A stretch of 20,000 nucleotides of DNA from an uncultured virus (IMG/VR IMGVR_UViG_3300024999_000085) (IMGVR_UViG_3300024999_000085); one strand, 5' to 3'; counted from the stretch's first letter, positions 8,802 through 17,063 are shown. Numbers and translations: made by a program. Notes: generated by a model not told the origin, from the sequence alone.

Positions 8802-8829
8802 ACTTCGCATAAGGTTTATTATGTGGAGA
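8802..8829 (+). other. dif/Xer-like recombination site
   Basis: ACTTCGCATAA-GGTTTA-TTATGTGGAGA. The 11-6-11 layout has the CGCATAA and TTATGT inner arms of dif, but the outer right arm diverges. Confidence 0.6.
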
Positions 8830-8874
8830 GATTCAAAGGAGATGGGGGCAGGACGGGGCATGGTTTACAAAAAT

Positions 8875-8893
8875 GATAGTGATTATCATTATC
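8875..8893. promoter_or_regulatory. Fur box
   Basis: GATAGTGATTATCATTATC matches the classical GATAATGATAATCATTATC at 17 of 19 positions. Confidence 0.75.
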
Positions 8894-9359
8894 ATATGCC
8901 ACCACATCTATTATCCACTTAGACCTTAGTAGTAAAACGATGCGACTCTCGCATATTAATCGTATAACCATACAAATAATAAATATTTCTATAATATATA
9001 ATCCTTATTCCAATCTCACTCCATTCTTATACAATACTATCCCAATTATAATTAAATCTACCGTATTCATTCTTCTTACTCTCTTCTATCTCCTTCCATG
9101 AATATCTTCTAAACACACTAATATCAATACGTTTATATCTTATCACATCCTATCACAAATAACCAATATTATTAATAATACATCAATTAAATCATACTCA
9201 AATCTTAATCAAATAACAACAAAATTATAAATATCGAATACTAATTTAATAATAAATTTTAAATTAATTTATAGTTATAAATTTGCTTAAAAAACATTAT
9301 ATAATGTACCTTATTATTAATTTTAAACCTTTCAAATAATATAACTAAATAAAATTACA

Positions 9360-9608
9360 TTAGTTAAATTTTTTAAAATTAACATTCTTATTCACATTTT
9401 CACCAAATAACATCCAACCTCTAACCCATATCCTTTCTATCTCATATATCCTCTCAATTTCTTCTCTAACAATAAATTCACTTAAAAAATCAAATAAGTC
9501 ATCTTTATCTTTTAATAATTCTTCATACTTAGTATCAATCACACAACTAAATTCTTTCAACAATATATTACAAAAATGTTCTCCTATATAAACTGTATAT
9601 ATTTTCAT
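9360..9608 (-). CDS. Hypothetical protein, 82 aa
   Basis: Open frame co-oriented with its neighbours; weak RBS. Confidence 0.55.
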   Translation of the reverse strand: MKIYTVYIGEHFCNILLKEFSCVIDTKYEELLKDKDDLFDFLSEFIVREEIERIYEIERIWVRGWMLFGENVNKNVNFKKFN

Positions 9609-9663
9609 TTTTTATATTTCTCATTTAATTTTATTATATTTTACTTTAGTTTTATATATTAAT

Positions 9664-9972
9664 CTACATATTCAATATCTCATCTATACTTTTATATTCA
9701 TAATCAAAATAAATCAATACAATTTCTATTCCCTTCTCCAAAACAAAATTATAATTAATCCATACTTCCAATATTTCATTATTAATAACAATCTCTAATG
9801 ATGCACCTTCTTTTATAAACTTATTACCTTCCCTCACATCATTTATATACTCTGCAAAATCAACAATATATTCTATACAATTATTAAAATCAATTTCACT
9901 TATCTCATAACCAACTCTACTGCTCAAATAATTTTTCATTTTTGATTTATTTAATAGTCTATAATTTATCAT
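9664..9972 (-). CDS. Hypothetical acidic protein, 102 aa
   Basis: AAGGAGTG RBS at normal spacing. Confidence 0.75.
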   Translation of the reverse strand: MINYRLLNKSKMKNYLSSRVGYEISEIDFNNCIEYIVDFAEYINDVREGNKFIKEGASLEIVINNEILEVWINYNFVLEKGIEIVLIYFDYEYKSIDEILNM

Positions 9973-10175
9973 ATTAATTTCACTCCTTATACTTTATTAT
10001 ATTTTTAATTTGTTGATATTAATCTACCCATAATATTAAACTTTATTCTTTAATTTATTCTTTGAATTTATTTACATTATAAAAACCAACCAACTTATCA
10101 AAATACAGTTTATCTACCTTAAATGCCTATTATACCTATTTTTATTAACATTAACATTCTAATTTAAACTTTAAC

Positions 10176-10204
10176 AAAAAATAATCTCCCATTTAGAGAG
10201 ATTA
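10176..10204 (-). terminator. Intrinsic terminator after ORF 10215-10535
   Basis: Minus strand TAATCTCTC-TAAAT-GGGAGATTA followed by TTTTTT. Confidence 0.7.
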
Positions 10205-10214
10205 AATAATTCAT

Positions 10215-10535
10215 CTATTTACAATGTATTCTTATAGAGGAGGTTGAATCCATTCTTCCATTACTATTCCTATCTCTATTTCCATTATCCCTATACACAT
10301 ATCCAAAATACCACAATAAACTTCCACTAAATACACCTAACCCATAACAAATAAAACTTATATATCTAAATAAATCACTTAATCCTAATATCCCAATTCC
10401 ATTCCTACTTCCCATATCTCCTATCATTAATCCACTTATAGAGAATAAAATTAAACATATTATCGCTGATCCATACATTATATTTTTCACATTAACATCA
10501 ATACTTGTCTTACTTACACTTTCTATATTCTCCAT
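10215..10535 (-). CDS. Small membrane protein with two predicted TM helices, 106 aa
   Basis: Two hydrophobic stretches and AAAGGA RBS. Confidence 0.7.
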   Translation of the reverse strand: MENIESVSKTSIDVNVKNIMYGSAIICLILFSISGLMIGDMGSRNGIGILGLSDLFRYISFICYGLGVFSGSLLWYFGYVYRDNGNRDRNSNGRMDSTSSIRIHCK

Positions 10536-11073
10536 TTAAATTTATCCTTTCTATTACTATTCTATTTATTGTTTTATCTTGTATTTATCTTGTCCATTAA
10601 ATTTTAATCTATGCACATAATAATAAATATTTTTATTATTTCAATCAACTATCTAATTAATATTTTAATAACTTAATAATATAATTATTTGCCTAATTAT
10701 TTATCTTTCTATTTAATCATATATTTATCTAATTAACTATTCACGCAATAAATAATCTAATCAATCAACTAGCCATATGGGGCATATTAAACAATTTAAC
10801 AATCTACCCATCCCACCTATTACTTCACTCCCATCAAATCCAACCTAAAAAACTATACCACAGAAGTTTTCATACTTCTAACTTCTTACTCCTGAATCAC
10901 CTGATAAGTAATTAATAGTATTGGACAAACTAATTTATATCTTCTACAATATATATCCTTATATATATCCTAACTCATATTTTCTATCATATTGTATGAC
11001 ATATTGTACTATTTCATAATATATCTATACAACAATATTATAATGTACAACCAATAAATTTACAAAAAAAATA

Positions 11074-11814
11074 TCACAATCCTAAATATAATTTTATCTC
11101 ATCAACAGTTTTAACTATAAATTTAATTCCTAATTTCTTCTTTACACCATTATCAATATAATCATATTTGATATTATCTATCTCTACACTTCTTAAAACC
11201 TTCAACTTCTTATTCTCACTATTGCACACAATCAATATATTAGGGAATCTCTTAACTCTATCACACCAATATTCATTTAAATACAATTTATTTTTAAATA
11301 TATCATTATAATTAATAACTTTCATAAATTTATTATTGCTCTCAACTTTATCACTCTCAATAATATAATACTTATATTCATTTGTTACATAGTTAATAAA
11401 TCCTATAATACCGTCTGGTCTTTTACCACATTCCATAACATACTCTATCTCGATATCATTAAACTTATAATACTTATAGTTAATACTCACATATCTCAAC
11501 AAATAAATAAATCCCCAATTTCTATTTATATCATGTGAAATAAACCTATTATTCTTATACTTTTTATTTGTAAAATAAATATTACACTCATTTATATCTA
11601 ATCTAATATTATTAATTTTCCCTTTACCTTTCAATATCCTCAATCTCTCCCTACACTTAACTATTCCATATTTTATTGAAGAAAAAAACAACAAATAAAT
11701 TTGTAATGTTGTCAATACTCCAAACTCCTCTATTATATCAATTATACACTTATCTCGGTAATAACCTTTTTGTCTCGTTGTCATTGATCTGAAATTGAAT
11801 AAATGGGTCAACAT
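11074..11814 (-). CDS. Replication-relaxation (Replic_Relax-like) protein: winged HTH plus PD-(D/E)xK-like nuclease
   Basis: Motifs GVLTTLQIYLLFF...RERLRIL, ISHDI, RPDGII and YIIESD. Overlaps the 3' end of an FtsK gene, the usual pairing for this family. Confidence 0.8.
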   Translation of the reverse strand: MLTHLFNFRSMTTRQKGYYRDKCIIDIIEEFGVLTTLQIYLLFFSSIKYGIVKCRERLRILKGKGKINNIRLDINECNIYFTNKKYKNNRFISHDINRNWGFIYLLRYVSINYKYYKFNDIEIEYVMECGKRPDGIIGFINYVTNEYKYYIIESDKVESNNKFMKVINYNDIFKNKLYLNEYWCDRVKRFPNILIVCNSENKKLKVLRSVEIDNIKYDYIDNGVKKKLGIKFIVKTVDEIKLYLGL

Positions 11815-13108
11815 TTAGATCATCACCTTTATTGTAAAAATAACTTGCTTTATTTACATTATCACATCTATCTAATTTCTTATCAAACATTACTAATCTT
11901 CTAATTGCCTCTTTTTGTTCTAATAACATTGCTTGCAATTCCATTTGATTAGAACCATATTGAAATATCATTCTACCTTTAATATTCGGCAAATAATAAG
12001 CATCTGTATTCCCTAATACAGTCATACTAGTACCATAATTTACAGTTTTAAAACTAATTGCACATGGGAAATTTGATTTTATTTCCATAGGAATTAATTT
12101 ATCAGAAGGTCTTTGCATTGCTATAATTAAATGTATTCCAGTCTTAGCACTTATCATACCTAAATCTGCACATATATTTTGTAATCTTTGTCTTCTACTT
12201 TTTGTTACTTTGTCATCACTTTTTCTAGGTGAAGTAAAAGCAAATTCATCAATGACTAATACAATATAATTCATTTTATTATTAGGATTTTTTTCATTAT
12301 ATTCAATAAGATTTACACAATTATTTTGAACAAGAAAATATCTTCTTCTTTCAACTTCTTGCATCAAGCACTCTAAAATAATTTCTGCGGTATCTAAATT
12401 ATATCCAAATACAATATGGTCTTTTAAGTGTACAAAATCAGTCATTGCTAAATCTGTTACAAATAATTTAACATTATTATTTTGCATTATGGCATCACAG
12501 ATTCCAGTTAATAAAATACTCTTGCCCGATCTAGTCACGCCTCCAATAATAATATGTGGTACTATTGCCAAATCAACAATTATAGGCATACCAGCAACAC
12601 TAACACCTATAGGAATCGGTATGCTTTTATCCATATATTCAGCATAATTAAAATTATATCTATATAATTCAGGTACAACACCTTTAATAACTTCAACCAT
12701 TAATAATCCTCTTCTTTTTTCTATATTAACATGTGCTATTATAGAATCTGCAAAATAGTTTTTTCTATCAATAATATATTTAAAATTTAAACCATAAGGC
12801 AATTTAAACATTACTTGATAATGAATATCACTTTTCTTAGTTGTTGCTATATGATAAGGATATTCACCTCTATTATTATGACAATTAGTTTGTATAAACA
12901 CATTCTCTATTTCTGCTGGTATATTTCTTGACTTACGTGTTCTAATTAATTTCTTAATTGAAGTTTTTAAATCCTCTGGTTTTTGAACTTTAAGTGGATT
13001 GTAACCTAATTTTAAATCCCATAAATAACTTTTAAAACTTTCTTTTAAATCAGATTTATACTTATTCCAATTTTCTTTAATATCTACTTTATCTTTTTTG
13101 CCTTCCAT
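11750..13108 (-). CDS. FtsK/SpoIIIE-family ATPase (DNA translocase or coupling protein); likely start MEGKK at 13108
   Basis: PHIIIGGVTRSGKS (Walker A), IVLVIDEFA (Walker B), GIHLIIAMQRP, LGNTDAYYLPNIKGR. AAGGAG RBS before the ATG at 13108. Confidence 0.92.
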   Translation of the reverse strand: MEGKKDKVDIKENWNKYKSDLKESFKSYLWDLKLGYNPLKVQKPEDLKTSIKKLIRTRKSRNIPAEIENVFIQTNCHNNRGEYPYHIATTKKSDIHYQVMFKLPYGLNFKYIIDRKNYFADSIIAHVNIEKRRGLLMVEVIKGVVPELYRYNFNYAEYMDKSIPIPIGVSVAGMPIIVDLAIVPHIIIGGVTRSGKSILLTGICDAIMQNNNVKLFVTDLAMTDFVHLKDHIVFGYNLDTAEIILECLMQEVERRRYFLVQNNCVNLIEYNEKNPNNKMNYIVLVIDEFAFTSPRKSDDKVTKSRRQRLQNICADLGMISAKTGIHLIIAMQRPSDKLIPMEIKSNFPCAISFKTVNYGTSMTVLGNTDAYYLPNIKGRMIFQYGSNQMELQAMLLEQKEAIRRLVMFDKKLDRCDNVNKASYFYNKGDDLNVDPFIQFQINDNETKRLLPR

Positions 13109-13152
13109 AATAAACTCCTTTCTAAATTTTATAGAATATAAATATAATTGTG

Positions 13153-13181
13153 TTGACTTTGGTAAACAAATATGATATAAT
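13153..13181 (+). promoter_or_regulatory. Sigma-A promoter of HNH cassette 1
   Basis: TTGACT-17 bp-TATAAT with an extended -10 TG. Confidence 0.8.
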
Positions 13182-13215
13182 ACAAATAAAAACAATATTA
13201 AGGAGGAAAATTTTA

Positions 13216-14301
13216 TTGAAAAAGAATAAAATAGAATTTGAAGGAGATTTAATGTATTTATATCCTACTAATAAACCAGATGTTAAATTTACATTAGACA
13301 GAGAAGATTATGATAAGATTAAAGATTATTGTTGGAGTATGGCAAAAGGTGAATTCTTAAAATCATATTATAATAAAAAGTATATTAAATTAACTGATTT
13401 ATTATTAGGTGATTTTATTGATAATAATTATATTGTGTATAATGATGATAATAATTTTAATCTTTGTAAGAATAATATAATCATTAATAATAAAATTGAA
13501 ATTTATAATGATTATATTATTCTATATTCAGCAAATACTAAAGATAAGTATATTATTGATATTGATGATTATGAAAAAATAAAAAAATATAGATGGAATG
13601 TAGGAACTTTAGGAATAATTAATAGTTGTATAAATAATAAAAATATTTCTTTAAAACAATTTATTAAACCATATGATAATAAATATAACATAATTAATTT
13701 TATAGATAATAATATTTATAATTATAGAAAAAATAATTTAATAATATGTCAAAAAAATAATTTTAACAAACCTAAATCCGGTAAAATTATTATCTTCCCT
13801 AGTTTTCTAATTGCTATTCCAGATAATACTAACAATAAATTTATTTTTCCTTTGGAAATGTTAGAAATATTTAAAAAATATAGTTTTTTTGAAAGTGATA
13901 AAAATTATTTAAAATTATCTATTGATAGTAAAAAATATTTCGCACATCATTTTGTAATTGGAAATCCATTAAATAAAAAATATTTTGTAGTAGACCATAT
14001 AAATAGAAATACATATTTTAATTTAAAATATAATTTAAGAATAGTACCTAAAGGTTTTAATAATCAGAATAAAAATATACTTTCTAATAATAAAACTGGA
14101 TTTATTGGAGTCAAAAAATTTAAAACAAAATGGAATTCATGCATTGGTTATAAAAACAAAGAAATTACCATTGGTTGTTATAAAAATATTATAGATGCAG
14201 CAAAAGCATATGATAAAAAAGCATTAGAACTATATGGAGAAAATGCCATTACAAATGAAAAATTAGGAAGATATGAAATTTATTATAATAAAAATTTATA
14301 A
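13216..14301 (+). CDS. HNH homing endonuclease with C-terminal AP2 domain and repeated degenerate HNH-like units; likely TTG start at 13216
   Basis: VDHINRNTYFNLKYNLR (HNH) and NKTGFIGV..W...IG....IGCY....DAAKAYDKKALELYGENA (AP2). Two earlier repeats of DxEDYxKIKxYxW. AAGGAGG lies before the TTG; the track start at 13150 overlaps the promoter. Confidence 0.85.
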   Translation: MKKNKIEFEGDLMYLYPTNKPDVKFTLDREDYDKIKDYCWSMAKGEFLKSYYNKKYIKLTDLLLGDFIDNNYIVYNDDNNFNLCKNNIIINNKIEIYNDYIILYSANTKDKYIIDIDDYEKIKKYRWNVGTLGIINSCINNKNISLKQFIKPYDNKYNIINFIDNNIYNYRKNNLIICQKNNFNKPKSGKIIIFPSFLIAIPDNTNNKFIFPLEMLEIFKKYSFFESDKNYLKLSIDSKKYFAHHFVIGNPLNKKYFVVDHINRNTYFNLKYNLRIVPKGFNNQNKNILSNNKTGFIGVKKFKTKWNSCIGYKNKEITIGCYKNIIDAAKAYDKKALELYGENAITNEKLGRYEIYYNKNL

Positions 14302-14311
14302 ATTATAAATA

Positions 14312-14349
14312 TAATTCTATAGTGTTGTAAAAATAACACTATAGAATTA
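14312..14349. terminator. Strong hairpin between convergent genes (likely bidirectional terminator)
   Basis: TAATTCTATAGTGTT-GTAAAAAT-AACACTATAGAATTA, a 15-bp perfect stem. Confidence 0.7.
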
Positions 14350-14353
14350 ATTA

Positions 14354-15073
14354 TTACCACTTAAATAATCTTCCATTCTTTGGTTTAGTAATATAATTCT
14401 TAAATCCTTTAACTAAATCAATAACTTTACTACTAATTTTTTTACTAGTATCATTTTCAATATATTTAATAACTCCATCAATAATTTTCTCATAGCATTT
14501 TTCATCGATGTCACTCATTCTACTTGAACCTATATCACGTTTGATAACTACTTTACTACCATTATTTTCAATAAAAATATCAATACTTCCTGGTGTATAA
14601 TCATCAGTTATTTTAATATTTTCATTAAATTTTTCTTCTTTTTTATTAATATTCTCCCTCTTATTTATGTCGTCTTTATTAATTATTTCCTCTTTTTTAT
14701 TGATATTATTACTAATATTATGATTTTTTTGCTCATTATACTGTTTATTTTCTCCATACTGTTTATTATCATTTATTTCCTTTTTATCAATATTCTCTTT
14801 ATACTCAGTATATTCCTTATTCTCATTATAATTTTTATTCTCATTATAAGTTTTTTCACTACTATTATTACCATTTTCAGCATTAGCATCAACACTAACA
14901 ATTAAAGGTAATTTTCTATCCTTGATCATTAATTCACCATAAAATTTTCCATTATTATAATTATAAATTTTTGCATCAATGTTATCACTTTTGAACCATA
15001 AACTATTCATACCTAACATAACAAATAATGCCATTGCACCTATAATAACTTTATTGACTATGATAGTTTGCAT
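14354..15073 (-). CDS. Membrane-anchored or secreted protein with low-complexity N/E/K linker, 239 aa
   Basis: N-terminal hydrophobic helix, central YNENK/NKKEE repeats and GAGGTG RBS. Confidence 0.75.
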   Translation of the reverse strand: MQTIIVNKVIIGAMALFVMLGMNSLWFKSDNIDAKIYNYNNGKFYGELMIKDRKLPLIVSVDANAENGNNSSEKTYNENKNYNENKEYTEYKENIDKKEINDNKQYGENKQYNEQKNHNISNNINKKEEIINKDDINKRENINKKEEKFNENIKITDDYTPGSIDIFIENNGSKVVIKRDIGSSRMSDIDEKCYEKIIDGVIKYIENDTSKKISSKVIDLVKGFKNYITKPKNGRLFKW

Positions 15074-15077
15074 ATTC

Positions 15078-15461
15078 TCACCTCGTCCTTGGATACTCAG
15101 TCAATTTTCTTAAAAATGAATTATCAGGTAGATTATCATCAATAATTTTATCAATTGGTTTTTGCACATTTTCTTTATCATATAATTTACTAGTAGGATC
15201 AACATATTTCTTAACATCATTGATTTTATCTTCTACATATTGTTGTTTCTTTTGTTCTTCTTCAACTAAAGGCAATACTTTCTCCATAACTGTACTTAAA
15301 CAAGAAAATACAACTATGACTATAATCATTTTTGACATATTTCTTTTACTTAATGCTCTGCAAATAAAATATACAAATGCACCAATTATAGTCATAATCA
15401 TCAATTGAGGTAGACATAAACATAAAATAGCAAATAATAATATTGGTATTATAAATAACAT
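15078..15461 (-). CDS. Small membrane protein, SpoIIIAC/AD-like helical hairpin plus soluble tail, 127 aa
   Basis: Pattern IIGAFVYFICRALSKRNMSKMIIVIVVFSCL (helix, basic turn, helix). AGGAGG RBS. Family call by eye. Confidence 0.6.
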   Translation of the reverse strand: MLFIIPILLFAILCLCLPQLMIMTIIGAFVYFICRALSKRNMSKMIIVIVVFSCLSTVMEKVLPLVEEEQKKQQYVEDKINDVKKYVDPTSKLYDKENVQKPIDKIIDDNLPDNSFLRKLTEYPRTR

Positions 15462-15473
15462 CTATATATCCTC

Positions 15474-15764
15474 CTAGAAATATGCTAATAATTTATTTAC
15501 TATTGTTAAACCTGAATCTATCATAATTGCAGTAGCAACAAATGTAGCAACTATACCTATTAATACAGCAAAATTTTGCTTACCTATTATTTTACATATT
15601 TGTTCTAATATAAAAGCAGCAATAGCACAACCACCAATTAGAAGTATAGCAAATCCAGGTTTACCTATACCAACAGTTTCTTTCATTAATCCATAAACAG
15701 TTATAGCATAACAAGGCATGGGGGTTAGGATAACAAGTAATAAAGTGTAGATTAATTTACTCAT
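15474..15764 (-). CDS. Membrane protein with signal peptide and SpoIIIAC-like C-terminal half, 96 aa
   Basis: IAAFILEQICKIIGKQNFAVLIGIVATFVA resembles the SpoIIIAC pattern (hydrophobic-QxLKxxGKEExA-hydrophobic). Signal-peptide-like N-terminus ending PCYA. Confidence 0.65.
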   Translation of the reverse strand: MSKLIYTLLLVILTPMPCYAITVYGLMKETVGIGKPGFAILLIGGCAIAAFILEQICKIIGKQNFAVLIGIVATFVATAIMIDSGLTIVNKLLAYF

Positions 15765-15977
15765 TTAAAAACCTCCTATTGGGAACATTTTAAATGTGTT
15801 TATTAATAATTCAGATAACATATATGATAAAACTATTAATCCAATTATTATTGTAGATATTTGAGTAATATATTTTTGTTTTTCTTCTATAGGAATTCTG
15901 TTTATTATTAAATTTGTAAATACCAATGCTAATATAAATGCTATAATTTGTAAAATATTAATACTAATACTATTCAT
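15765..15977 (-). CDS. SpoIIIAC-like two-TM protein, 70 aa
   Basis: Size and pattern (ILQIIAF...NLIINRIPIEEKQKYITQISTIIIGLIVL..MLSELL.NTFKMF) resemble SpoIIIAC. AGGAGGT RBS. Confidence 0.6.
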   Translation of the reverse strand: MNSISINILQIIAFILALVFTNLIINRIPIEEKQKYITQISTIIIGLIVLSYMLSELLINTFKMFPIGGF

Positions 15978-16000
15978 ATAAGTACCTCCTATAATAATTA

Positions 16001-16249
16001 TTAATTAGTAATAATTGATGCACAAAAAATTATAAATAATAAATATACTAATGTTAATATAAATTTTTCTTTTATTGTTGCACGGAATATCATTTGAATA
16101 ACTATTATTGCTGATGATATAAATACAAGATACTTATAAATCAATAAATAATAAATATTATTACTAGTTAAAATAGCTATAATAAAACCAATAAACAATG
16201 TTGCTAATAATATAATAGTGTATTTATATTTTCTAATAAAATTTAACAT
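16001..16249 (-). CDS. Small membrane protein with about three TM helices, 82 aa
   Basis: Three hydrophobic segments and AGGAGGT RBS. Confidence 0.7.
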   Translation of the reverse strand: MLNFIRKYKYTIILLATLFIGFIIAILTSNNIYYLLIYKYLVFISSAIIVIQMIFRATIKEKFILTLVYLLFIIFCASIITN

Positions 16250-16346
16250 ATTATACCTCCTATTTTTATTTTAATAAAAATGGAATTCAATCTAATTTAA
16301 CATTATCCGTAAAATGGATGCAAGGTAATTTATATTTACTAATTAA

Positions 16347-16577
16347 CTAATCTTCGTCTTCATCATAAAAACCATTTTCATGCAACCAATCATCTTCTAC
16401 ACCTAATACTTCCATAACTATTTCAATAGGTATACCTGTTTTTCTACATATAAAACTAGCAACATTATCTGTATTCATTATTAAATCATTTGATGGATCT
16501 ATGTCTATATTATTTGTATATTTTATACTTTTAATGAGATTTATTGTATTAGTGATTACGTTAGTTAATAGTTTCAT
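16347..16577 (-). CDS. Hypothetical protein with acidic C-terminus, 76 aa
   Basis: Starts 9 bp after the upstream stop with an AGGATGG RBS. Confidence 0.7.
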   Translation of the reverse strand: MKLLTNVITNTINLIKSIKYTNNIDIDPSNDLIMNTDNVASFICRKTGIPIEIVMEVLGVEDDWLHENGFYDEDED

Positions 16578-16586
16578 ATAACCATC

Positions 16587-16919
16587 CTATAATGGAAAAT
16601 TCCATTTAATAGTTTCTTTTTTATTGCAATTGTTGTTACTATTATTAATATCAGTTTTTCTATTAATCTGTCTAACTTCAACATTAATATTATCATTATC
16701 CGTATTGGATGCAATGGTAAATTTATTATTATTAGTATCATTAATAGTATCATTAGCAAACACATCTTCAACAACATCATTACTTATACTCTTACTAATT
16801 AATAAACTTCCTCTCAACACACCTCTAATAAATTCTGACATATTATTATTTTTATACTTGTTGAGTAATGAAATTAGTTCGTTATCATTTTTCTTGTTAA
16901 GTCTAAAATTAATCATCAT
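16587..16919 (-). CDS. Putative ribbon-helix-helix DNA-binding protein (ParR/CopG-like N-terminus), 110 aa
   Basis: MMINFRLNKKNDNELISLL...NMSEFIRGVLR fits a strand-helix-helix pattern, followed by a disordered tail. AAGGAGTG RBS. First gene of the operon. Confidence 0.65.
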   Translation of the reverse strand: MMINFRLNKKNDNELISLLNKYKNNNMSEFIRGVLRGSLLISKSISNDVVEDVFANDTINDTNNNKFTIASNTDNDNINVEVRQINRKTDINNSNNNCNKKETIKWNFPL

Positions 16920-16971
16920 TTTAAAATCACTCCTTTTTAATTTTTGATAGTTTGGTTTGTATATGTTAGTT

Positions 16972-17063
16972 TGTATGACGGTTATATTTAATTATATTTG
17001 ACTGTATGACATATTATACATGGTAATTTTTAGTGTATGACATATGTATTGTGAATGTATGAC
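16972..17063. repeat. Four TGTATGAC direct repeats upstream of the RHH gene
   Basis: Copies start at 16972, 17003, 17034 and 17056 (spacing 31, 31, 22 bp). A fifth copy is at 10993. Confidence 0.85.

Noticed and set aside
8799..8832. loxP-like site (left arm ATAACTTCGCATA, 12/13 match)
   Set aside because: The right arm does not mirror it; the dif-like 11-6-11 reading fits better.
11750..13108. Host chromosomal ftsK/spoIIIE or a true spoIIIA operon
   Set aside because: No N-terminal TM domain or gamma domain is evident, there are no spoIIIAA/AB/AE-AH genes, and the context is phage-like, so no gene symbols were assigned.
13109..13215. Track starts for FtsK (13195) and HNH (13150)
   Set aside because: They overlap each other and the promoter. 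RBS-supported starts are 13108 and 13216.
14720..16947. ORFs 14720+, 15220+, 16624+ and 16574-
   Set aside because: Shadow or alternative frames of low-complexity real genes; their hydrophobicity is an artefact of the A-rich sense strand.
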